Shown here piece after piece: positions 52,373 through 52,762 of a stretch of 52,762 nucleotides of DNA (its first letter is position 1; the number at the start of each line of letters is the position of its first letter). Below the pieces are notes generated by a model. That model saw only the letters and a program-made list of their open reading frames with translations, ran no database searches and was not told where the DNA came from. The stretch is from NCBI GenBank assembly GCA_051453625.1, contig JBOZIK010000001.1, positions 7,137,011 to 7,189,772 of the forward strand, written 5' to 3'. The stretch is from Welwitschia mirabilis. Lineage: Eukaryota. A program made the position numbers and the translations under genes.

Positions 52373-52762
52373 AGTCGTATTATATGCATAGAGTTTGGTC
52401 CATACAATCAATGTTTGGCATTCACATGTTTCTATAGTCTTGATAGACATTTTCAAGGTTTTCAGAAAAGCAAAATGGAGTGTTTGCAAATGACAGATGG
52501 GTTGGTATGCACTGAAAACTTGGGTGTCTAGAAAGCCCAAATGAAAGATTTCCTTTATTTAGAAGGATGGACATTGTTTTGAAGCCGAGGACTGAAGTGA
52601 TGGCAACTTCTAGGCTATTTGACATGGATTAGTTGAATGACCTAGAAAAGCTTTAAATCCCCTCAATTTGACCCCTTATTTACTTTGAAGTCTCATTTTA
52701 GGATTCCACTTTTCCTCACACCATGTAGAAGGGCTACCAAGGCCTAACTATCCTTTACAACA

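Overview
AT-rich land-plant nuclear DNA from a draft assembly (N gaps at 557-1146, 4909-4920, 19705-20398, 27372-27532, 29365-29464, 35724-35823, 46780-46789). The only clearly live gene is the 5' part of a TPLATE-complex WD40 subunit gene (TWD40-2-like, + strand). Its exons are 38669-38800, 39276-39360, 50847-50886 and 51015-51263, and it continues beyond the window. Its 11.5-kb intron 2 holds a structurally complete but decayed Ty1/Copia element (two LTRs, PBS, PPT, TAACC target-site duplication); related solo-LTR-like copies lie in introns 2 and 4. The upstream 38 kb is mostly decayed elements rich in C-to-T changes: an Athila-like integrase tail, a Copia pol, a near full-length L1-type LINE, a second LINE ORF1, a tRNA-derived SINE inside a probable receptor-kinase pseudogene, and several tandem duplications. 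It also carries long fossil ORFs that resemble retrotransposon accessory genes, arranged divergently around a 73-74 bp tandem array. I found no convincing intact novel system. The best leads are the divergent fossil-ORF cassette at ~29.9-36.4 kb, the AACGG-rich promoter, and the change in methylation-decay signature at the gene boundary. All alignments and motif matches were made by eye, and family assignments come from recalled motifs, not database searches.
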